A DNA stretch of 25,237 nt, from positions 1-25,237 of the forward strand of contig JAFGOA010000097.1 in assembly GCA_016926735.1 (NCBI GenBank), given 5' to 3'. A program made the position numbers and the translations under genes. This document shows, in pieces, positions 1 to 9,732 of this stretch. Source of the DNA: Promethearchaeota archaeon. GTDB taxonomy: Archaea; Asgardarchaeota; Lokiarchaeia; Sigyniarchaeales; SOKP01. Each line of letters begins with the position of its first letter. Positions within the stretch are counted from its first letter, which is position 1. The notes beneath the pieces are model-generated. The model was not told the origin of the DNA. It ran no database searches and saw only the letters and a list, made by a program, of their open reading frames with translations.

Positions 1-13
1 AATTTAAAAGTAA

Positions 14-136
14 ACTAAACTTAGTCTAATCGTGTTTTCATACGGGTATATAAGTACCTTTAATATGATTTGATCTATTTATTGTAGAAAACCATTCCAT
101 CGAGATTGGAATGTTACCGCGTTTGCGGAGGATTCA
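14..136 (+). other. Chain of short stem-loops (possible structured RNA or IS200/IS605-like end remnant)
   Basis: Hairpins CGTGT-tttc-ATACG (31-44), GGTAT-ataa-GTACC (45-58), TCTAT-ttatt-GTAGA (74-88), CATTCCA-tcgagat-TGGAATG (93-113), CCGC-gttt-GCGG (117-128). G-U pairs favour the + strand. Function is unknown. Confidence 0.3.
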
Positions 137-314
137 TATGAACAAAAATTAATTTTTTATAAGATTAAATATCTTTCATATTATAGTAGATGATAAGAAG
201 GAAAAAATTAAAATTATCTAATGGATTAATGATTTTCTATTAATGCTTAATTCAACACTTTCATAAACAAGGATTTTTTCTTATGTAATAGGGATAAAAA
301 TCTGAAAAGAAATT

Positions 315-2300
315 TTATAATTTTATTTTTATTTCTTTAATCTTATCTCTTAAAAATGCAGCATCCTCAAATCGTAGCTCTTTTGCAGCTAAAAACATTT
401 TTTGTTCAAGATATTGTATTTTGACATCGATATCTTCTATTTCATCTATTTTTTGTTGGATATTTTTCCTTAGTTTTCTCGTTTCTTTTTCTTTGAATTC
501 TTTTTCTTCAGAGAGAGATTCAAAAATATTTTTCTGTATAGTTTGAGGAGTAATATTATTTTCTTTATTGTATGCTATTTGTTTTTTTCTTCTTCTATTT
601 GTTTCATCAATCGCACCTCGCATCGCAATTGTTATTTTATCTGCATATAATATTGCTTTGCCATTAACATTTCTTGATGCCCGTCCTATTGTCTGTATAA
701 TAGATCTTTGGTCTCTTAAGAATCCTAATTTATCAGCATCTAAAATCGCAACAAGTTGTACTTCGGGTAAGTCTAAACCTTCTCGTAACAAGTTTATACC
801 GACCAAAACATCATAAGTACCATCTCTTAATTGTCTTAGAATCTCAAACCTTTCGACAGTATCTACTTCACTATGCAAATAAGCAACTTTTAATCCTAAT
901 TCAGAATAATATTCTGCAATATCTTCAGACATTCTTTTTGTTAATGTAGTAATTAGGACTCTCCCTTTATTTTCAACAACTTTTTTTATTTCATTTAATA
1001 AATCATCTATTTGATTTTTAGCAGGTCTAATTTCAACTTCAGGATCAACAAGTCCTGTAGGTCTAATAATTTGTTCAGCAGAGATACCTCCACTTTTTTT
1101 GAGTTCATACGATCCTGGGGTGGCACTCATAAATATAATGAATTTAATCTTTTTTTCCCATTCTTCAAATGTAAGAGGACGATTGTCATATGCAGAAGGC
1201 AATCGCCATCCAAAATCTATTAGATTTTTTTTTCTCGATTGATCTCCCCCAATCATTCCATGAATTTGAGGGATAGTGATATGAGACTCATCAACTACGA
1301 TTAAAAAATCCTCTGGAAAATAATCCATAAGAGTCATTGGGGGTGTTCCTGGGTCCCTTCCCGATAGTGGTCTTGAATAATTTTCTATTCCTTTACACCA
1401 TCCCATTTCTCTCATCATTTCTAAATCAAATTTAACCCTTCTCTCAATTCTCTGAGCCTCAGCATACATTTTATTGTTTTTAAAATATTCTATTTGGGTT
1501 ACAAGTTCTCTTTCTATTAATTCAAAAGCTGTTAGTTTATTTTTTTCTGGAATTAGAAAATGTGTGGCTGGAAATACTCTGTAATTATTTAAATCTCTAA
1601 TTGGACTACTTGATATAGGATGAATTTCTTGTATTGATTCAATTTCATCACCAAACATAGAAATTCTAATAGCTACATCCATATAAGCAGGAAAAATATC
1701 TATGATATCACCTTTTATTCTTACAGAACCCGGTTTAAAATCTGTTGATTTTCTTTCATAATTGATCTCTATAAGTCTTGAAACGATTTCATCTCGAGAT
1801 ATATTCTGTTTTTTTTCAATATAGAGTGTAACTGATTCCCAATAATTAGGGTCCCCAAGTCCATAGATACAAGATACGGTTGCAACAATTATTACATCCT
1901 TCCGAGTTCTAATGGCATGTGCTGCTGCTAGTCTTAATCGCTCGATCTCTTCATTCACACTGAAATCTTTCTCAATAAATAAACCTGTTGTTGGTAAATA
2001 TGCTTCTGGTTGATAATAATCATAATATGATACAAAATAATGAATTGCATTATCTGGAAAAAAGTTCTTCAACTCTTGGTATAATTGGGCAGCAAGTGTT
2101 TTATTAGGAGCCATAACTAATGTTGGTTTCTGAATTTCTTGTATCACATTAGCAATTGAAAAACTCTTTCCTGTACCAGTCGCACCTAAAAGAGTTTGAA
2201 AACATTTTTCATTGTTAATATTATCTGCTAATGTTTTTATTGCTAAAGGTTGATCTCCTTTTGGAGAAAAATCAGATTTTATTTTAAAAAGGTTTTTCAT
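315..2300 (-). CDS. uvrB: Excinuclease ABC subunit B (UvrB), ~661 aa; probable start ATG 2300 rather than TTG 2345
   Basis: GDQP motif, Walker A GATGTGKS, FVSYYDYYQPEAY beta-hairpin, DESH, GINLLREGLDLPEV, QTIGRASRN, C-terminal UVR domain (LRFEDAAFLRD). Confidence 0.97.
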   Translation of the reverse strand: MKNLFKIKSDFSPKGDQPLAIKTLADNINNEKCFQTLLGATGTGKSFSIANVIQEIQKPTLVMAPNKTLAAQLYQELKNFFPDNAIHYFVSYYDYYQPEAYLPTTGLFIEKDFSVNEEIERLRLAAAHAIRTRKDVIIVATVSCIYGLGDPNYWESVTLYIEKKQNISRDEIVSRLIEINYERKSTDFKPGSVRIKGDIIDIFPAYMDVAIRISMFGDEIESIQEIHPISSSPIRDLNNYRVFPATHFLIPEKNKLTAFELIERELVTQIEYFKNNKMYAEAQRIERRVKFDLEMMREMGWCKGIENYSRPLSGRDPGTPPMTLMDYFPEDFLIVVDESHITIPQIHGMIGGDQSRKKNLIDFGWRLPSAYDNRPLTFEEWEKKIKFIIFMSATPGSYELKKSGGISAEQIIRPTGLVDPEVEIRPAKNQIDDLLNEIKKVVENKGRVLITTLTKRMSEDIAEYYSELGLKVAYLHSEVDTVERFEILRQLRDGTYDVLVGINLLREGLDLPEVQLVAILDADKLGFLRDQRSIIQTIGRASRNVNGKAILYADKITIAMRGAIDETNRRRKKQIAYNKENNITPQTIQKNIFESLSEEKEFKEKETRKLRKNIQQKIDEIEDIDVKIQYLEQKMFLAAKELRFEDAAFLRDKIKEIKIKL

Positions 2301-2524
2301 AAAATTAATTCGAATTTTTTTATTAATTAAAAGATATCTATGCAAGTTTTTGAGTTTTATTATCTAAATAATAATTCTAAAGGTGATAAAGAAAAATTTA
2401 TAATTCACAAATTTCATATATAAAATAAATTTTGTATATTTTTAAGAATAGCACTTTTTTTGGTAAATAAAAAAAGCAAATATCTAATTAGATATTCAAA
2501 AAAAAATAATAAAAAAATTTAGGT

Positions 2525-5500
2525 TTAAGTGTAATTATAAGCAGTGAGACTTATCTCATCAAAAATACCTTCTACTGTCTGTACTCGAAGAATATATGTT
2601 TCAAGATGAGTAATGGTTTGACTAGGATTAATAGTAAATTCTAGCAAAACACATTCTTGAGGAGCTAATTCCGAATCACCATATATGATATTAACGTTTA
2701 TAGCAGTATATCCATCGATTGTAATACAACTACCCACATCAAGGTTAAGATCTATACTACCCACATTCTTTACTAAAGTCCAACCTTCTCCAGAAGTACT
2801 ATTAAGGTAAGATGCATTAAATCCATCAAGAACATCAAAAAGTTTAAGATCACCAAGAGCACTACTATTTATAACATGCATAAAACCAACATCAGAAGCT
2901 ACTTTTTGTGTATCGAAATAGGCAGTTATATTAAATCCTACTTGATCGTTCACATCGAGGATTCCGCTATCGACATTTATGGATATCCTTCTTTCTTCAT
3001 TAGGGGAGAGGAAATAACTACCAATAGGATCCCAATCATATTTCAAGGGATTTATTAAATTCCAATCACCATCAAGTAATGATAATCCAGATAAACTAAA
3101 TGTATTGTCACCAGTATTTTTCACTGTAAAATTGATTTGTGTAGTTCCATCTTGATTTCTAATTGCATTTGTATTAAGATCTTGTGTGATATAATTACGT
3201 ATGGAATAATTATAAAGAGCCATTAATTCTGGTGAGGGCATTCTAGTGTCTGGAATGATAGTCATTTTGAAATTATAATCCTCACTTTTATAATTAGAGG
3301 TAAATGAAGCTGTATCATTTATTCCATTCTTCGTTAATACGGTTATATTATTGATAGTTCCTAAAATATCATTTGTACCAGATTTTGTAAAAGCTATTGG
3401 AATGTTTTTTAAATGAGCATCGGCTGTACCTTGAGGTTCAATAATAGAAGACCCTTCAATATATTCCCCCTCGGTGATATGATTTTCTTCAGAATTAACA
3501 TAGAACTTATCGATAACAATTGGATTAGCTCCAATGTTCTTTACTTGGATGTATGCATCATCTTTTCCAGTCTCTTCATTATACATGACATAACTGTTTT
3601 CTCTAACTATTTGTAATTTTCCGGGTTGAGCTTCTTTTACAAATAAGTTGCTGGTCGAATTTTCAAATTCATAAAGACTACCAGAGTCTTTTATAGAACT
3701 CGCCCCAACAGTTATTTTTACAGTTTCACCATTATCATAGAGGGGTTCATTATCTTCTTTTGCATCAAACCAAACAATTTCTTCTTCACCAGGTGCTATT
3801 ATATTATCACCCTCAATATTTCCAGTATCAAATGTACTTGTGATATTACCATTTAAAGTAACCTCTTCAATGGTTATATTTTTAGTTCCAGTGTTTTTTA
3901 CCCTTAGGGTTCCATAACCGGTATCATAGATTTGGGGATTCAAAATTCTAAATTGTGATTCTAATGGAGTGTAATCCATTTTATATAATTTTACAAGTAA
4001 ATTTTGGGAAAAATATCCACTTACTTCAGGATTCGATGGATCTTCAGGTAAAAATACATCTGAATAATATTTTCCTTGTGGTGCAATATAATCAACCCAT
4101 ATACCTTCATTTTCATCAGCAACGGCTCTATTATTTACTAAGTTAATATAGTTACCATAAATTGATCCTGAAGGATAATCTCCTGATGTAGGTACACCCC
4201 AAAACATTAACTTTGCTAATTGCGAAGAAAACCAACTGGGTTTATATTGATAAGTATCTGAATCTATATATTCTGCCTCATCAAATACAGAATTCTCTGC
4301 CCAATTATCTTCTTCTAATCCCATTGCTTTATATTGTTCATAATAATCATTGCAAATTCTAAGCATCCATTGCCATTTACCTTCATCTCCTCCAAGGCTA
4401 TCTATTAAAAATCCAAAGTAAACTAGTACATAATCCGCTTGCAATAATTTTAGTATCTTTGCACTATATATCTCATCTGTTTGCATCATTGCCATTCCAA
4501 CAAGACCATTTACCTGAGCACGTATATTTGCATTATCACACACTGAAGTCATATTTCCCACAGGTGTTAACCAGTATCCATAATCCCACCAACTTACCAC
4601 TACAGTATCACCCGGTAAGTTTTCTTTCATCCAATTTAATGATTCTTCCCAATCATGTAGAACACCTCCAGGTACCATTTGACCTGGAGCCATTGATATG
4701 GAAGTATCAATAGCATGGCTTACTTGAACAAAGCATAAGAAGCCAACGATAAGATATACACTATAGATTTCTTTTTTCCCTAAAGCTCTTTTTCTTTTTA
4801 ATAATTTTGTTCTTTTACGACTTACACCTATTCCTTTCTTACCATAATGACTACCATATATCTTTAAAACATTAGATAGACCATAAGCTCCCATTAATGC
4901 GCCTGCAGGAGCAAAAGCTAAGATAATTCTTACCATACTTCCCGTAAAGTAAAATAATAATAAAGTGAAAACCAGTAAGAAAATATCTGCATAATTGTAT
5001 CGTTTGAAACAAAAATAGACTCCTAAAGGTAATAAAGATAACGGAATTAATAGATCATAATAAAAAGTACTCCATGATGTAGGCATATGTTCTGCAACTG
5101 AAGCTACTAAATTTATTTGATTTCTAAAGAGAGGATTTAAAACACTCTGAAGTCTTGCTCCTATTCCAAAAGGTATAAGTCCAGGGGCGGCCCATGTAAT
5201 TACAACAACACCTATTGCTGCAGGTATTATCCCCCATTTGATTATAGTCATTATCTTATTAAATAATATAGGATTGGTTTTTTTTTTTGAATATAGAATG
5301 TGAAAAAAGATTACAAGAACAGTTAAAAAAAGAAGTCCTCCAGATTCTATACTCGAAAAAAGATTCCCAAAAACATAAAACTTATAAAGAGAATTTAATA
5401 ACATTCCAACACCCTGCACACCGGCATAAGCAATTAAGACATTTGCATTATATTTATTGAGTATTATCAATATAATACAAACAATCGGAATTGTGTAAAA

Positions 5501-6169
5501 AACAAAATCAGCTCCACCCCAACTTAATGCTAAATATCCAGAAAACACCCCACCAGCGATGGCATAAGTTGTTCTTCCTGTTTTAAGAGTTTTTAAAAAG
5601 AATAGAAAAGTCATTATTATTGCAAAAACTCCAATTGTTTCATTATCATAAAATCCTGCTACAGTTCGTTGCATATAGCCTGGACTAAATGCTAAGAAAA
5701 AGGCAGCCAATAAACCACATTTTCTATCCAATATTTCTTTACCCAGAAAATAGATAGCTAAAACGGTTAGTCCAGCCATAACTGGAGGGAAGTAATAACA
5801 AGCATCGTAAACAGAGATTTTAATACCAATAAAGTTTAAAATTTCATAAAAAGCAGCAGTTGTAAATTGTAGTCCAGGTCTCAACATAGATCTATCTATT
5901 CCTGCGGGATACCAACTTTTAAAATCATGCCAATTAAAATAGTCGTAAATACCATTTTCAACAAGATAATTTGTATTATAATATTGCATCCAAGGGTCAA
6001 AAGCTTTAATCAAATGTTCACTTTCTAATAAAGGTGATAATCTTATCAATATTGCTATTAAAAACACTAATATTATAGCTGTATAAAATAGAATATTTTG
6101 CCTCTTTATTGTTACGCTAGCACTTGCACGATCGCGTAAGTTTCGTATTGTATTGATGATTTTAGTCAT
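2525..6169 (-). CDS. aglB: Oligosaccharyltransferase AglB/STT3 with ~480-aa C-terminal extension of four Ig-like repeats
   Basis: Multi-TM N-terminal half with FDPW, GFYDNE and SVAEH motifs; WWDYG; DxxK motif (GGDEGKWQWMLRI); C-terminal VKNxG repeats. Confidence 0.95.
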   Translation of the reverse strand: MTKIINTIRNLRDRASASVTIKRQNILFYTAIILVFLIAILIRLSPLLESEHLIKAFDPWMQYYNTNYLVENGIYDYFNWHDFKSWYPAGIDRSMLRPGLQFTTAAFYEILNFIGIKISVYDACYYFPPVMAGLTVLAIYFLGKEILDRKCGLLAAFFLAFSPGYMQRTVAGFYDNETIGVFAIIMTFLFFLKTLKTGRTTYAIAGGVFSGYLALSWGGADFVFYTIPIVCIILIILNKYNANVLIAYAGVQGVGMLLNSLYKFYVFGNLFSSIESGGLLFLTVLVIFFHILYSKKKTNPILFNKIMTIIKWGIIPAAIGVVVITWAAPGLIPFGIGARLQSVLNPLFRNQINLVASVAEHMPTSWSTFYYDLLIPLSLLPLGVYFCFKRYNYADIFLLVFTLLLFYFTGSMVRIILAFAPAGALMGAYGLSNVLKIYGSHYGKKGIGVSRKRTKLLKRKRALGKKEIYSVYLIVGFLCFVQVSHAIDTSISMAPGQMVPGGVLHDWEESLNWMKENLPGDTVVVSWWDYGYWLTPVGNMTSVCDNANIRAQVNGLVGMAMMQTDEIYSAKILKLLQADYVLVYFGFLIDSLGGDEGKWQWMLRICNDYYEQYKAMGLEEDNWAENSVFDEAEYIDSDTYQYKPSWFSSQLAKLMFWGVPTSGDYPSGSIYGNYINLVNNRAVADENEGIWVDYIAPQGKYYSDVFLPEDPSNPEVSGYFSQNLLVKLYKMDYTPLESQFRILNPQIYDTGYGTLRVKNTGTKNITIEEVTLNGNITSTFDTGNIEGDNIIAPGEEEIVWFDAKEDNEPLYDNGETVKITVGASSIKDSGSLYEFENSTSNLFVKEAQPGKLQIVRENSYVMYNEETGKDDAYIQVKNIGANPIVIDKFYVNSEENHITEGEYIEGSSIIEPQGTADAHLKNIPIAFTKSGTNDILGTINNITVLTKNGINDTASFTSNYKSEDYNFKMTIIPDTRMPSPELMALYNYSIRNYITQDLNTNAIRNQDGTTQINFTVKNTGDNTFSLSGLSLLDGDWNLINPLKYDWDPIGSYFLSPNEERRISINVDSGILDVNDQVGFNITAYFDTQKVASDVGFMHVINSSALGDLKLFDVLDGFNASYLNSTSGEGWTLVKNVGSIDLNLDVGSCITIDGYTAINVNIIYGDSELAPQECVLLEFTINPSQTITHLETYILRVQTVEGIFDEISLTAYNYT

Positions 6170-6434
6170 AAAATATCTTCAATTTTTAATTATATAGCTT
6201 TCAAAAATTCATAACGAAAGTTAGATTATAAAAAATTCGTTAAAATTAAAATTTTATTTTTTAGAACAATTCTGTTAAAATTTTAATCAAGTAAATTATT
6301 ATTTTTTATGAATATTATATAGTCAAAAAAACTAAGATTAGATTTTTATCTATTACATTTTTTGATAAAAATTTTATCATAATTTTTACAAGTTAAGAGT
6401 TGAATCGTTTTATAATGATTTTAAAATTAAAATT

Positions 6435-6440
6435 AGGAGA
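6435..6440 (+). promoter_or_regulatory. Shine-Dalgarno-like site for truA
   Basis: AGGAGA ending 5 nt before ATG 6446. Confidence 0.5.
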
Positions 6441-6445
6441 TTATA

Positions 6446-7288
6446 ATGGAGAAGAAATATTTTGTTAAATGTTATTATTTTGGAATAGATTTTTTCTATG
6501 GCTCACAAAGACAATCTCATCACAATAGTATTGAAGAAACTATAATAAATGTACTTAAAAGTAAGAATTATATTAGAGATATAAAATCTTCGGAATTTTC
6601 ATTTGCCAGTAGAACAGATAGATATGTATCAGCCAGAGGAGCGGTGTTTTCCTTTAAAAGTAATAAAAATATAATATTGATGGAAATTAATTCTTCTTTA
6701 CCAAAAGAAATCGGTCTATGGGCATATGCTATTGTACCAAATGATTATTCTCCAAGATTTAGTGCTATACAACGACATTATAAATATATATTTCCATTTC
6801 CCATTAGTTATATGAAAGAGATCTTTTCTATTAACTTAAATTTAATAGAAAAAGCGTGTGAATATATAAAAGGTGATCATGATTTTACTAATTTTTCAAA
6901 AAGAGGTAAAAAATTTACTAAAAATATTAGAGAAATGAAAGATGTAAAATTAGACCTGAAGAATGATGTTTTATCAATTGATTTTAAAAGTAAAGGATTT
7001 CTTAGACAACAAATTAGAAGAATAGTAAAAAAGATTTTTGAACTTGGAAATGGTATAATCTCATTTAATGAATTTATTGAACTATTTAATAAAAAAGAGT
7101 ATATATCATATGAACCCGCCGATCCAAGAGGGTTAATTTTATGGGATATTGAATATAATACAAATATAAAATTTATTATCGATAAGAGATCAATAGAACG
7201 ATTAAACCGATTTTTTCTCATCCAAAAATATAAGCATTGGCTCAATTACAATCTATTTAACATCATGCAAGAGCACGATTTTAGCTAA
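6446..7288 (+). CDS. truA: tRNA pseudouridine(38-40) synthase TruA
   Basis: FYGSQRQ, catalytic ASRTD..VSA, PRFSAIQRHYKY, GDHDFTNFS, GFLRQQIRRIV, PADPRGLILW. Confidence 0.93.
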   Translation: MEKKYFVKCYYFGIDFFYGSQRQSHHNSIEETIINVLKSKNYIRDIKSSEFSFASRTDRYVSARGAVFSFKSNKNIILMEINSSLPKEIGLWAYAIVPNDYSPRFSAIQRHYKYIFPFPISYMKEIFSINLNLIEKACEYIKGDHDFTNFSKRGKKFTKNIREMKDVKLDLKNDVLSIDFKSKGFLRQQIRRIVKKIFELGNGIISFNEFIELFNKKEYISYEPADPRGLILWDIEYNTNIKFIIDKRSIERLNRFFLIQKYKHWLNYNLFNIMQEHDFS

Positions 7289-8218
7289 TAATGCGTTTAA
7301 TTGAATTTCTTCAGTTGCTCCTTGAGCTAATCTGTATTCAAATTCAGCCAGTATTTTTGATAATTTAATCTTAATCATTTCAGATATATCAAGATTATAA
7401 ATTTCATTATGGATATTTTTGATAATATTCCTCCCAGATAAACCATAATTTTTAGTTATATCCTTCAATAGATTAATTGAAAGCTGAAGTTGCCCTTGAA
7501 TTGCGGATTCTAATATTTCTCGTATTTTATCGGGGGGAATCTCACCAGCAACTCTAAATACTATATTCTGATCTATTTCATTTGAAATTGTTGTACAAGA
7601 CTGTAAATAATTAATAGATCTTCTAAGATCACCTCTCGAAACATCTATTAGAGCATTTATTCCATCAGGTAATATCTTTATATTTTCTTTTTGAGCAATT
7701 AATTTTATCCTTTCCTTTATATCATCATTAGATATAGAAGAAAATCTAAAAACTACACACCTAGATTGAATTGGAGGAATAATTTTATTAGAGTAGTTAC
7801 ATATGAGGATCATTCTACAATTATTTGTATACTTTTCCATTGTCCTTCTCAATGCTTGTTGAGCAGGAGAAGTCATATTATCAGCTTCATCAAGTATAAG
7901 GATTTTAAAAGGGATATCTATAGGAGGTTTTGCTTTAGCAAAATCTTTTATATATGTTCTTATAACATCAATACCACGAGCATCACTTGCATTAAGTTCT
8001 AAATAGGTATTATTTATCGCCATTTTATTTCCATACAATTCTCTAACTAAAGCTAATCCAGAAGTAGTTTTTCCTGTTCCTGCAGGTCCGGCAAATATTA
8101 AATGTGGCATAGATTTATCTTTTATGAAATTTTTCAATCGCTTAATAATTCCAATTTGATTTACAATATCATCTAGACTTCGAGGTCGATATTTTTCTAC
8201 CCAAGGACGATTTGACAT
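7253..8218 (-). CDS. rfcS: Replication factor C small subunit
   Basis: PWVEKYRP, Walker A GPAGTGKT, ELNASD, Walker B LDEAD, AQQALRR, QSRC arginine finger; 321 aa with no intein. Confidence 0.97.
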   Translation of the reverse strand: MSNRPWVEKYRPRSLDDIVNQIGIIKRLKNFIKDKSMPHLIFAGPAGTGKTTSGLALVRELYGNKMAINNTYLELNASDARGIDVIRTYIKDFAKAKPPIDIPFKILILDEADNMTSPAQQALRRTMEKYTNNCRMILICNYSNKIIPPIQSRCVVFRFSSISNDDIKERIKLIAQKENIKILPDGINALIDVSRGDLRRSINYLQSCTTISNEIDQNIVFRVAGEIPPDKIREILESAIQGQLQLSINLLKDITKNYGLSGRNIIKNIHNEIYNLDISEMIKIKLSKILAEFEYRLAQGATEEIQLNALLAKIVLLHDVK

Positions 8219-8401
8219 TTTTTGTTATAAAAAATCATTCTAATGTGAAACTAAAATACATTTTTTATTATAATGTTTATTATTGATATGTTAAAGAATT
8301 TTGATTATAAACTAATAAATGATACTAAAAAAAATTTAAAAAATGAAGTATCAATACTACTTAATAATATACGATTGAAAACTATCTAAATTGAAAAGTA
8401 T

Positions 8402-9706
8402 ATGACAGAATATAAAATAGATAAAATTAAAGCTAGATGGATAATTGATTCACGTGGTAATCCTACAGTTGAATGTGATGTATATTCTAATGGTATCCTA
8501 GGTAGAGCTGCTGTACCTTCTGGAGCGTCTACGGGAGAACTAGAAGCACTTGAATTAAGAGATAAAGGGAATGAATTTTTAGGAAAACATGTTAGTAAAG
8601 CAGTATCAAATGTAAATAATATAATTGCTAAAGAATTAATTGGTATGGATGTAAGAAATCAAGAAGAGATCGATAATAAAATGATTCAACTTGATGGTAC
8701 CGATAATAAAAAGAATTTAGGAGCAAACGCAATTCTTTCAGTTTCCTTAGCTGCTGCTAAATTGGCAGCAATAATGAAAAATGTACCCTTATATGAGCAT
8801 CTTTATGAATTAAGTTATGAAAAAACAAGAAAAGATTATTTATTACCATTGCCATGTTGTAATATACTAAATGGAGGAGAACATGCAGGTAATAATCTTT
8901 CTATTCAAGAATTTATGATACTTCCAATAGGTGCTAACTCTTTTTCAACAGCAATTCGTTATGTTTCTGAAGTTTATCATGTTCTAAAGGGTCTTTTATC
9001 GAAAAAATATGGTCCAAATGCAATAAATGTTGGTGATGAAGGTGGATTTGCTCCTGATTTTACATTCACTAGGGATGCATTGGATAGTATTATAGAAGCT
9101 ATTGAAGAGCGAGGATTTACTATTGGTAAAGAATTTGTTCTTGGTATAGATGCTGCTGCAAGCGAATTTTATAAAAATGGTAAATATGATATCGATGGAA
9201 AACAATTAACAGAAGAAGAACTATTACAATATTATTTAGATTTAGCAAATGAATATCCAATTAAATCAATAGAAGATCCTTTTGATGAGAAAGATTTTGT
9301 TCATTTTGCAGAACTAACGAAAAAAGTTGATAGTTCAGTTCAAATTGTAGATGATGATCTAACAGTGACAAATATTAAGATCCTTGAAAGAGCTATTAAT
9401 CAAAGTGCTGGGAATGCATTATTATTAAAAGTGAATCAAATAGGATCATTAACAGAAGCAATAAACGCAGCGAAAATGTCATTTAAAAATAACTTCAATG
9501 TTATGGTTTCACATCGTTCTGGTGAAACAGAAGATTCTTTTATAGCAGACCTATCTGTAGGGCTTTGTTCTGGTCAAATAAAATCTGGTGCTACTGCTAG
9601 ATCAGACAGATGTGCTAAATTCAATCAACTTTTAAGAATTGAGGAAGTTCTTGGAGAGAACGCAAAATATCCTAAGAATTTTAAATCATGGAACAATTTC
9701 CAGTAA
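8402..9706 (+). CDS. eno: Enolase (phosphopyruvate hydratase)
   Basis: DSRGNPTVE, VPSGASTG, NGGEH, QEFMI, VGDEGGFAP, LLKVNQIGS, SHRSGETED, NQLLRIEE. Confidence 0.98.
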   Translation: MTEYKIDKIKARWIIDSRGNPTVECDVYSNGILGRAAVPSGASTGELEALELRDKGNEFLGKHVSKAVSNVNNIIAKELIGMDVRNQEEIDNKMIQLDGTDNKKNLGANAILSVSLAAAKLAAIMKNVPLYEHLYELSYEKTRKDYLLPLPCCNILNGGEHAGNNLSIQEFMILPIGANSFSTAIRYVSEVYHVLKGLLSKKYGPNAINVGDEGGFAPDFTFTRDALDSIIEAIEERGFTIGKEFVLGIDAAASEFYKNGKYDIDGKQLTEEELLQYYLDLANEYPIKSIEDPFDEKDFVHFAELTKKVDSSVQIVDDDLTVTNIKILERAINQSAGNALLLKVNQIGSLTEAINAAKMSFKNNFNVMVSHRSGETEDSFIADLSVGLCSGQIKSGATARSDRCAKFNQLLRIEEVLGENAKYPKNFKSWNNFQ

Positions 9707-9732
9707 ATTTTTTTATTTTAATAAAATTTTCT

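Noticed and set aside
105-140. SECIS-like ATGA...AAA on the minus strand downstream of uvrB
   Set aside because: Helix II and the 3' GA quartet are not formed, and uvrB has no in-frame TGA.
60-142. Purine-riboswitch-like words on the minus strand (TCATAT..AATC, TTTCTAC, TAAAT)
   Set aside because: No P1/P3 helices or L2-L3 kissing loops in the right arrangement.
2301-2345. Longest-ORF N-terminal extensions (uvrB TTG 2345; likewise pirin 21291 and LRR-TIR 15363)
   Set aside because: For uvrB and pirin, family homology begins at the downstream ATG and the extensions look like AT-rich intergenic sequence. The LRR-TIR choice is less certain.
7253-8218. Intein in the RFC small subunit (a common archaeal site)
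   Set aside because: Normal length with a continuous Walker A region.
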